A stretch of 64,000 bases of DNA from a virus. The position numbers and the translations under genes are program-made. The notes under the pieces were generated by a model. That model was not told where the DNA came from. It saw only the letters and a list, made by a program, of their open reading frames with translations, and did no database searches. The stretch spans positions 6,072 to 70,071 of the IMG/VR virus record IMGVR_UViG_3300048817_000078; one strand, 5' to 3'. Of this stretch, positions 45,326-53,499 are shown one piece after another (the stretch's first letter is position 1; the number at the start of each line of letters is the position of its first letter).

Positions 45326-45753
45326 ATTATGATCCTCGATGCCATCGCCTCGTTCTTGGGCGTTCAGGAGCAACCTGGGCGTGTGCGGTGCGTGCGGATG
45401 GAATGAAGGTCAGGAATGAGCGAAGTAGACCGACAATCCCCGGAATTACTGCAGGTCTACCTTTGGCATTACCGTAACGCAGCACCAGACTTGACCGTGC
45501 CGTTTCACCCCGAACTTGCTAAGAACTTGCTGAAAAACTATGGCGCCCCGCCGACAGATTGGGCCGCCATAAGGACCTGGGACCAAGATTCTCGACACTA
45601 TAAAATCGTGGAAATCGCCTCACTCTCAAACGAGGATCTGGTTGCTGAATACGCGGCAGAGGAAGCATCTGAAGACCGGAGTATTCCCGGGGACGATCCC
45701 AGCCCAAGGTATGAACTAAGGGCCGAAATTCTCAGGCGCATGGAGAAAGCCAA

Positions 45754-45939
45754 ATGTTGAGTATCGTCCTGCTGTTAATCGCGTTCATCTGCTTCGCGCT
45801 CGCGGCGTTTCGTCTTCCGCCGGACCCACACAAGATTGACTTTATCGCGGCCGGGCTAATGTTCTGGGTGCTGGCGATCCTGTTACCGGCTCTCGAATCG
45901 CTACCGCACTCCGCAGCGCTGCATCACCACTGGCTTTAG
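45754..45939 (+). CDS. Two-helix membrane microprotein (61 aa)
   Basis: MLSIVLLLIAFICFALAAF...IDFIAAGLMFWVLAILL. Confidence 0.6.
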   Translation: MLSIVLLLIAFICFALAAFRLPPDPHKIDFIAAGLMFWVLAILLPALESLPHSAALHHHWL

Positions 45940-46189
45940 ATAGCGATGCTTGACGGCGTCCTCTCCTTTTTCGGCGTAAACAAAATCCGCAACGCTGTGA
46001 TCTTCGGGAAAAATCACTACTCCCCCACCGCGGAGACGAACCTTCCCGGCGACGTAACTATCGCGGCATCGGATGAAAGCTGGTCGCTGATCGTCCGCGG
46101 CACCGGAAGGTTCGGCGGGGCAACCAAGCAAGAGGTCTACGTCGAGCAAATGGACTGGAACAACGCCGAAGTTGGAGACGCGTGGCCGC

Positions 46190-46594
46190 ATGCCTGAAAA
46201 TACTCATTCCCTCCTCGCCGAATTGGTGGCAAAAGTGCGCTGCAAGCCTGAATGGTTCTTCAGGCTTCGAGATGAAGAAGGGGCTCTCAGGCTCGTCATA
46301 ACCGTGGGCGGCTACGACTCTTACAACGAGGGAGGTGGGCGGCTGCGCGTTGCCCATTGCTTTCCCGTTCCGATGGCTACATACAACGAAAAGAGCTGGT
46401 GCCGCTGGATTTTTGAGATGTGTCGTCGGGTTGAAAATCATGAGTTAGGCGAATGGTTCAAAGTTGGCGAGAAAAGACCCTTTGCCCCGTTACACGGCCC
46501 CGGCGAAGATCCCTATACCGTGCATGAATTCCGAGATAAAGTTGATGCGCAGACACTGCAAGACGGCTCTGTTGCGGAGGTAATCAAATGCTGA
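46190..46594 (+). CDS. Conserved phage hypothetical protein
   Basis: FPVP...W..WIFE....VENHELGEWF...RPFAPLHGPG.DPY motif. Confidence 0.65.
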   Translation: MPENTHSLLAELVAKVRCKPEWFFRLRDEEGALRLVITVGGYDSYNEGGGRLRVAHCFPVPMATYNEKSWCRWIFEMCRRVENHELGEWFKVGEKRPFAPLHGPGEDPYTVHEFRDKVDAQTLQDGSVAEVIKC

Positions 46595-46758
46595 TACTTC
46601 TCATCGTTCTCCTGCTCGTCTTCGGATTCGGCGGCTACCACTATGGCTGGCGAGGCCCGGCTGAAAACAGGAATCCTGTTGTCGGGTATGGCGGCGGCGG
46701 AATGTCACTGCTCCTGCTCATTCTCATCATCCTGTTACTGGCGGGATATCTCCGGTGA
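46588..46758 (+). CDS. DUF3309-like Gly-rich membrane microprotein (56 aa)
   Basis: MLILLIVLLLVFGFGGYHYG...GYGGGGMSLLLLILIILLLAG; GGAGG RBS. Not in the ORF track. Confidence 0.65.
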   Translation: MLILLIVLLLVFGFGGYHYGWRGPAENRNPVVGYGGGGMSLLLLILIILLLAGYLR

Positions 46759-47516
46759 TAATCGAAGGCCCAAAGATAGACGCCAATGCCATCGCAGAGA
46801 TCGTCGCTCGCCTTCGCGAATGCGCGGATAAGATTGAGGGCGGCGTTATCACCCTTCAAGGTGTTTGTTTTACCCGTGTCGGTATTACTGTAGACTTCGA
46901 CCGAAACATGGAATATCCGATACCAGCGCTGACAGCAGGGCTGATCGATGCGGATCTGATTACCACATGATCTGGACCTGGCTCAAGCTGGCGCTGGTGT
47001 TCGTGGGCCGGCTGTTGATACCGGGGCCGCCGCAGCCAGTCTTTCCGAAGATTGATCCGTGCGCGATGTGTCCATCGTGCGGCCACACCGACGGCGTCAT
47101 CCGCGCCCACGATGAGCAGGGCAAGCCGCTAGTTCAGCATACCTGCAAAGTATGCCTCGCGAAATGGTACGAATTGCCGGTCCTGCGGACGAAGCAGCCC
47201 GCGCTCATCAACGCCAAAACGACCGAGGCAAAGCCTGAATTGGTCAAGCCGGCGTAGTAGTCTTCTCGGGGCGGCTATCCAGGCGGCTGTTGTACTCAAC
47301 TCGTTCTCGGAAGTAGTCCCAAAATAACCGCTCGATCGCCGCCGAAAGCTGAAACTCGTCGGAAACCGTGTCCTCGGTTTCGCGGCTCAACTCATGTGCA
47401 TCTTTGTAGATTCGCTTGAGCCGGTCGTCCTCCAGCTTAGCCACCGCAGCCTCTAGCTGGTCCTTGGTCATTTTTGTGTCGATCATGCGGCCAGTATACA
47501 AGCGGGAGTGATATGA

Positions 47517-49901
47517 ATGGCCAACTCACAGACCGCAATCATGCGGCCGCTTGCGGGGCTTGCTCGTGCGTTTGCGGCCATGCAGAGCAGGTTGTATCAA
47601 CCGCCGCCGGTCACGATTGCGGGAGTAAACGAACAGAACTGGCCGAGCGCATTACAGCCGGTGCAGCCGGTAGGCCCTCCAGGCAGTCAGCCGCTGCTAT
47701 GGTCGTTCTGGCAAGGCGTCAATCAAAATATTACCCCGCGGCCCGATGCGGAGCTAAGCTTTGGTCAACTCCGCGGGCTTGCAACGTATCCGCTGGCACG
47801 CATCTGCATTGAGAACATCAAGGACCAGGTCTCATCGCTGAAGTGGACTTACCAACTTCGGGAGACGCCGGGCGAATCGCTGAAGGATCGACGCAAGCGC
47901 CAGGAGAACGACAAAAACATCCCGATGCTGGCCGAGTTCTTCGCGTTCCCGGACGGCGATACACCGTGGTCCGATTGGGTGCGCCCGCTGCTCGAGGATT
48001 TGCTGGTCATCGATGCGGGTTGCATCTTGGTTCAGCGAACGCTATCCGGCAAGGTCGTCAAGCTTCGCGTACCAGACGGCGCCGACATTTTGCGGCTGAT
48101 CGACGACCAGGGCTATACGCCAGCACCGCCATCACCGGCCTACACGCAGCTGTGGGAAGGCATCCCGCGTGTACTGCTGACGACAGACCAGCTTGTCTAC
48201 CGGCCGCGAAATATCGTGCGCCGCGGCACGGTCGCATCCCAGCTTTACGGCTTCGGCCCGACGGAGGGCATTAGAACCGAACTCGAATGCGGCATCGAGC
48301 GCCTGCGCTACGTTCTGGCCTACTACACGGATGGCTCTGTACCCGGCATCGTGCAGATGGTGCCGCCGGGCGTCAGCGTGGACGCAATCCTCGAAGGCAT
48401 GCAGTGGATGAACTCGGACCTCGCTGGCCAGCTTGCCAAGCGCCGGCAATGGCGCAACGTGCAGAGCTTTTCGGGCAATGTCGCCGAAGGGCCGAAGGAC
48501 CAAGTCCACCAACTCAAGGAGCCCGTTCTCGCGGACGTTTACGACGACCTGCACATCCGCAAGGTAGCCTTCGCGTACGGGGCATCGGCACAGCGGTTGC
48601 TCCGCATGATGAACCGGGCCTCCGCGATGGCCGGCCAGGAGGCAGCCCAAGAAGAAGGCACCATCCCCTGGGTGCAATGGCTCAAGGCGACGATCGACAT
48701 CGTCATCCAGCGCAAGATGGGCTTGCCGGGTTACGAGGCGATTCCGGACACGGCGGTTGAACTCGATCCCACGAAGCAGATGGAAATCGATACTGGCTAT
48801 GTGAAGTCCGGCGTCTTCACTATCAACGAGCGGCGGGATATGCGTGGCGCCGAACCGCGGCCCGAGCCCGAAGCAAACGGCCTGATGGTCATCACGGCAA
48901 CCGGCGCCATTCCGTTGGCTGGCGCAATCGAGAGAACAGCCGAGCAGCACACGGCGGACATTCAGCCAGCGCCGACGCCGGTCATCTCGCCACCAGGCGG
49001 AGGTGGAGCGGCACCGAAGAAGCCGGCAGCTAAACCGGCCGCAAAAGCCGATGACGAAAGCGTAAAAAAAAAAGTAGCTGAAGCCCCGGCCATCAGCCCG
49101 GTGCCGCACACGCCGTCTTTGGCGCTGGCGAAGACCAAGCTTTACTCGCACGTCGCCCACTTCCTATTTGAGGCCGGGAAGAAAGCCGCAACGGTCAAGG
49201 TTGAGAAGCGGCTGCGCAAGGCAACCAACCCAACACCCGACGACATCGACCAGCTCGTCACCGCAGCACTCGGCGCGGTCAACTGGGAAGAACTGGTCGG
49301 CCTGACGGAGCCGGAGATTGAAGCCGCTGCGATCGAGGGCGCGAGAGTCGGGCTGGCCGAGGAAGGCATCGAGATCACGCCGGGCGTTATCCCGACGACG
49401 GAAGTCCGGGCGCTGATCAGCGAGGTGAACGCAACGGCCCGTGACTGGGCACAGCAACGCGCCGCCGAAATGGTGGGGATGAAGTATGTCGACGGCAAAC
49501 TCGCTGAGAATCCAAACGCCAAGTGGCGTATTGATTTGGCAACCCGTTCGATGCTCCAACGCGACATTACTGCGGCGTTTGCAGGCAACACGCCACTCAG
49601 TGATTTGGCAGCAACGATTAGAGCATCCGGTGCGTTTGACCAAGCCCGAGCCGATCTGATCGCGACGACCGAAGTCAGCAACGCCCAGATGCGAGGCAAC
49701 GCTGAGGCTTGGCTGAAGAACGGCAACGTCCAGGAATTCAAGTGGCAGCTGAGCGCGGACCACGTTTGCTGCGATGAATGCGACATCATGGCGATCAACA
49801 GCCCGTACCCGGTGGGGAAGGTCTTAGAGTTGCTGGACCAGCGCCACCCGCGTTGTCAATGCGCGGTGATCGGCACCAAGATTAAAGGCGTCGATTTGTG
49901 A
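47517..49901 (+). CDS. Portal protein fused to a MuF/SPP1 gp7-type head morphogenesis domain
   Basis: Portal-type N-terminus (YG.GP.E, GSVPG); MuF-type C-terminus RADLIATTE...KW...CDEC...HPRCQC; A10 run at the junction. Confidence 0.85.
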   Translation: MANSQTAIMRPLAGLARAFAAMQSRLYQPPPVTIAGVNEQNWPSALQPVQPVGPPGSQPLLWSFWQGVNQNITPRPDAELSFGQLRGLATYPLARICIENIKDQVSSLKWTYQLRETPGESLKDRRKRQENDKNIPMLAEFFAFPDGDTPWSDWVRPLLEDLLVIDAGCILVQRTLSGKVVKLRVPDGADILRLIDDQGYTPAPPSPAYTQLWEGIPRVLLTTDQLVYRPRNIVRRGTVASQLYGFGPTEGIRTELECGIERLRYVLAYYTDGSVPGIVQMVPPGVSVDAILEGMQWMNSDLAGQLAKRRQWRNVQSFSGNVAEGPKDQVHQLKEPVLADVYDDLHIRKVAFAYGASAQRLLRMMNRASAMAGQEAAQEEGTIPWVQWLKATIDIVIQRKMGLPGYEAIPDTAVELDPTKQMEIDTGYVKSGVFTINERRDMRGAEPRPEPEANGLMVITATGAIPLAGAIERTAEQHTADIQPAPTPVISPPGGGGAAPKKPAAKPAAKADDESVKKKVAEAPAISPVPHTPSLALAKTKLYSHVAHFLFEAGKKAATVKVEKRLRKATNPTPDDIDQLVTAALGAVNWEELVGLTEPEIEAAAIEGARVGLAEEGIEITPGVIPTTEVRALISEVNATARDWAQQRAAEMVGMKYVDGKLAENPNAKWRIDLATRSMLQRDITAAFAGNTPLSDLAATIRASGAFDQARADLIATTEVSNAQMRGNAEAWLKNGNVQEFKWQLSADHVCCDECDIMAINSPYPVGKVLELLDQRHPRCQCAVIGTKIKGVDL

Positions 49902-50155
49902 AGGGTGAGCAGTGCTGGGTCCCTGATTGCAAGGTCTGCGCAATAGCGCAGGAGTATCGCTTCTCGGCCAAGGACATCCACCAAATCGCGCTGATTTGCC
50001 TCGGCATGAACCGGAAGCAAATCCGCGCTGTTACCGCCGAGCTGTCCGACATCAGCCGGGAGCGCACGGCAGATATACGGAAGAAGCTGGGCGTTCGCAC
50101 GGCGCATGGCATTCGGGCCTGGGCGCGCGAGCGTGGCTTGGCGACACACACATGA
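49898..50155 (+). CDS. LuxR-like HTH protein 1
   Basis: FSAKDIHQIALICLGMNRKQI...IRKKLGVRT. Confidence 0.55.
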   Translation: MKGEQCWVPDCKVCAIAQEYRFSAKDIHQIALICLGMNRKQIRAVTAELSDISRERTADIRKKLGVRTAHGIRAWARERGLATHT

Positions 50156-50400
50156 CCCCAACCCCAACCGGCGAGCGAGTTCTCGGTAAATTAACGGCCC
50201 GCCAACGCGAAGCGCTCACATGGCTCTGCAGCGGCCTAACCAACAAGCAGATCGCGGAAAAGATGGGCATCGGCGAACAGCCGGTTAAGAACTACATGCG
50301 CGTAATCCTGCTTATGGCGGGCATGACCAACCGGCTGGAATTAATGATCTTTGCGTTTCGCCACGGCATGGTTGAATGTCCGTGCGGCTCCGATGATTGA
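50152..50400 (+). CDS. LuxR/NarL-type HTH protein 2
   Basis: LTARQREALTWLCSGLTNKQIAEKMGI...VKNY...GMTNRLEL. Confidence 0.85.
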   Translation: MTPTPTGERVLGKLTARQREALTWLCSGLTNKQIAEKMGIGEQPVKNYMRVILLMAGMTNRLELMIFAFRHGMVECPCGSDD

Positions 50401-50957
50401 CCCCGACGAATACCTGGACGACCCGAAGATGCGGAAGTTCGGCAGGCTGTCGCGGCAGATGCAGCGCGAATGGCGCGAGGAGCGGGACACGACGGAAGAC
50501 AAGTATCCGCGGCAGCGACAGGACGACGATGACAGACAACCCGCTTGATAACATCCCGACCCACAAGATGCCCGACGTTAAGCGGGTACCGCTGACCAGC
50601 GAGACGACCAAGAAGCCTGATCGCTGCCCGCAGTGCGGGATGCCGGCGAAGTCCGGCCTTGCGTGCGAGTTGTGCGGATACATTTTCGGGCTGGCTGAGA
50701 GGTAAAAATGCAAGCTAGAGACTTCTCAATCGAGCATGGCGCCATCAACGGTGTTGGGTTCTACTTTGGAATCAAGAACCGCGATGGCTTTGCGGACGCG
50801 CTCATAAGGCTGGCTGGCCAGATACGCAGCGGTGAATTGAATCCGCAGAAGATCAGCGTTGCCGAAACCGCCACCTCGGACGACTACGTCATCCAGACAG
50901 TCACGATTGAGTTGTCCCCTTGCAAGATTCAGGAGCCAGATATCGGAGCATGACCAC

Positions 50958-51341
50958 ATGCTCTTCAACGACGGACAGCTAATGACCGAGCCCCAGCAAA
51001 TCAACCTCACTGTAACCGCGCAAGGTAAGATCAAGAACGCGGCAGGCATCGCGCCCGAGATGCTCGCGCAACTGCAAAGCCCGGAAGGCGTGGCGCGCAT
51101 TCGAAAGATGTACAAGGACGCGAACGGAACGGGCCGCCGCGACCTTCGCAAGAAAGAGAAGGCGCCGGAAGTAAAGGCCGAGCAGCGCAACTTCTCGGCA
51201 ATGAAGCCGCCGGGCATGAGCAGCAAAGAGTTCCGCAGGCTTCGCCGGGCGACGCTGAAGAGTTACACTAAGCAGGCGCTCAAGATGCAAAGGGCGGAGC
51301 GCAATAAGTTTGCGGCGGCGTTGGGATGCCAGAGTGGCTGA
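50958..51341 (+). CDS. Basic hypothetical protein ending inside the tRNA-like element
   Basis: GGAG RBS; Lys/Arg-rich; TGA 51339-51341 lies in the D-loop. Confidence 0.55.
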   Translation: MLFNDGQLMTEPQQINLTVTAQGKIKNAAGIAPEMLAQLQSPEGVARIRKMYKDANGTGRRDLRKKEKAPEVKAEQRNFSAMKPPGMSSKEFRRLRRATLKSYTKQALKMQRAERNKFAAALGCQSG

Positions 51342-51427
51342 ATGGTGACCCGCGCAAGAGCTGGTCGGTGGACGCGCATAGGGGTCCAATACCGGGCGGC
51401 TCGCTGGTTCGAATCCAGTTCCCAGCA
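51320..51427 (+). tRNA. Non-canonical tRNA-like element (Ser/Leu-type scaffold, aberrant anticodon arm)
   Basis: GTTGGGA/TCCCAGC acceptor stem; CCA-GAGTGGCTGAA-TGG D-arm; GCTGG-TTCGAAT-CCAGT T-arm; 57 nt between D- and T-arms. Confidence 0.65.
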
Positions 51428-51626
51428 CTGCCGCAAATGCAAAGGAGACAACGCCATGGCCAACACGACACCGCCGGAAGTGAATCAGATTCAGGTAACG
51501 GTTCCGAACCGCGCGAGCAGCTCGGCAACGCTTCCGCTCAATCAGCCGGTGAATGTTAGCCGGCCGGTCATCGCGCCGCTGCCGTTCAGCCCCACCCCGA
51601 TTACTCCGGTGCGGAGGAAGTAGGCG

Positions 51627-51983
51627 ATGGCAGCGCGCCTCTGGCTCCTCTCGCTGTTTCTGGCCCTGCCCATGTGGGCGCAGACATACCCGTGCAAGAT
51701 TATTGCGGACAGCGGTGGCATCAAAGACGCCAAGTGCGTCGCACTCAAAATGGCTGCTATGGTACCAGCCTCGCTCTGCGGCGGCCCGGGCACAAGCTGC
51801 ATGGTGGACGACGACCCCAAGCTCCTTGAGCAGCCGACTGTTGACGGCGAATATGAGCTTTATCTTCATAATCCGGATAGGGCCGAGACAGTGACCATGC
51901 CGGCGAATACGGTGTGCGAGTTCGCCGAAGACCATGTGGTGTGCCACATTCCGCCATCTTCCCCCAGTTCCGCATCTTACTAA
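51627..51983 (+). CDS. Small exported Cys-rich protein
   Basis: Signal peptide MAARLWLLSLFLALPMWA|Q; six Cys in the mature part. Confidence 0.65.
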   Translation: MAARLWLLSLFLALPMWAQTYPCKIIADSGGIKDAKCVALKMAAMVPASLCGGPGTSCMVDDDPKLLEQPTVDGEYELYLHNPDRAETVTMPANTVCEFAEDHVVCHIPPSSPSSASY

Positions 51984-52001
51984 CTCAGAGGAACCCTCAC
52001 C

Positions 52002-52565
52002 ATGCAAGTATCCGACCCAGTCATCTACAACAACATCTCGCCCGCACAGTTTGAATTCTTCAAGAACCTCGCCAAGGGCAAGGGCGCCAGCATCAACGGC
52101 AACAAGGACGACGTAACCCTCGACCTGATTCCGGTTGGCGTTGACTACAACCCAGACACCAAGGTGCTCACGCTTCGAGCCCAGGAACCCTTCTGGATTA
52201 CACCTGGCGCCGTAACGGGAGCGCTGCACCAAATGGTCGCTCAAGCCGCTGCATCGAATCAGGAAACCAAGCCCGTCGAAGCAGTGAAGAGCAGTGGTTC
52301 GGCGAGATCGCCCGAAGGCGGACGCCTGCCCGAGCCGGCACCCAAGCCAGCGCTTGGACCATGGACACCGGATACCGTCTACATAACCGGATCGCAAGTC
52401 TATGGGGCTGGTTACGTCCAGCAGGCGACCCTCAAGCCCGGCGTCTCTAGCTGGACTTCAGGCAAAACCGCACCGGCATTCAGCGGCACCGCTGGCGGAA
52501 CAGTCAACGAGGGCCCGGATATGGTCTGGAGAAACACAGGGCTTGCGCAGGCAAAAGCAGCTTAG
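52002..52565 (+). CDS. Hypothetical protein with C-terminal CBM5/12-like module
   Basis: GAGGA RBS; WTPDTVYITGSQV...APAFSGTAGGTVNEG. Confidence 0.65.
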   Translation: MQVSDPVIYNNISPAQFEFFKNLAKGKGASINGNKDDVTLDLIPVGVDYNPDTKVLTLRAQEPFWITPGAVTGALHQMVAQAAASNQETKPVEAVKSSGSARSPEGGRLPEPAPKPALGPWTPDTVYITGSQVYGAGYVQQATLKPGVSSWTSGKTAPAFSGTAGGTVNEGPDMVWRNTGLAQAKAA

Positions 52566-52588
52566 CTAAGTAGTACGGCAATTTCAAG

Positions 52589-52619
52589 AAGGTCAGCTTT
52601 CGAGCTGGCCTTTTCCTTT
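52589..52619 (+). terminator. Intrinsic terminator
   Basis: AAGGTCAGCT-TTCG-AGCTGGCCTT hairpin followed by TTCCTTT. Confidence 0.8.
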
Positions 52620-52629
52620 GGAGCCAAAC

Positions 52630-53499
52630 ATGACGACATCCGTCACCGCTGCGGCAATTCAGAATGGCTCCGGGGGCCTGCTCTCCTCCGGCACTTGGAA
52701 ATTCGCAGGGCAATCGCTAACTGTGGCCTCGGGCGCTATCTCCGGTCCGGTCACCGGCCCGTTTGGCGATGTGCTGATTACCGATGCCTCCGGGAATCAT
52801 CTGCTGCACGTTCCGGATGTGAATATCAGCGGCGCGGCGTTCGATTGGGACAATTACGTCCAGCCGTCCTGGATAACGTCTGATGGTCTGGGCGCACCGT
52901 ATATCCTGGCCCAGCAGGGCGCGCAGTACATTCAGACAAATGCTCAGGGAGCGATCCGGTCCTGGGTGATGTCGTATGTCCAAGGGCTTGGCTTTTGGGT
53001 ACTGCAGAGCGCTCCGCAGCCTACGCCGATACAGCAAGCCGCTTGGCAACCTCCCGCCGCATCGCAGCCGCTTATTCAGCGCGCATCCGTAAAGATCACG
53101 TCCGCCGAAATCCTGGCGATGACCACGATTAACTCGAATCCCATCCAGATTGTGGCGGCTCCGGGTCCAGGGCTGGCCATCATCCCGCTGGCGCTCTTCT
53201 TCCAGTATCTTCCCGGCTCGATCGGCTACACCGACGGCGGGTTTACCTTCGGCATCTACCCGGCTGGCAATGCGGCCGATTCGCTTGTGTCGGGTGGCGT
53301 GACTGCAACCGTGTTGGGCATGGCAGGCACAACGCCGTTCTTCACCACGGAGAGCGACCTCGCGTTCTCGGACGACCTCAGCAAGATTGAGAATCTCGGC
53401 TACTCGTTCGGCTATGTCACCGACGTGGGCGCGGTTGTATCGGCCGGCAACGGCAACCTCGTGGTCACGATGCTGTATGACACGTTCCAGGTGAGCTAA
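52630..53499 (+). CDS. Probable virion structural/decoration protein
   Basis: Head-operon position; beta-rich; KITSAEILAM...IVAAPGPG motif seen in phage structural proteins. Confidence 0.5.
   Translation: MTTSVTAAAIQNGSGGLLSSGTWKFAGQSLTVASGAISGPVTGPFGDVLITDASGNHLLHVPDVNISGAAFDWDNYVQPSWITSDGLGAPYILAQQGAQYIQTNAQGAIRSWVMSYVQGLGFWVLQSAPQPTPIQQAAWQPPAASQPLIQRASVKITSAEILAMTTINSNPIQIVAAPGPGLAIIPLALFFQYLPGSIGYTDGGFTFGIYPAGNAADSLVSGGVTATVLGMAGTTPFFTTESDLAFSDDLSKIENLGYSFGYVTDVGAVVSAGNGNLVVTMLYDTFQVS

Noticed and set aside
50979-52397. 472-aa minus-strand ORF
   Set aside because: Antisense to several RBS-bearing plus-strand genes and the tRNA-like element; no motif; expected by chance at this GC content.
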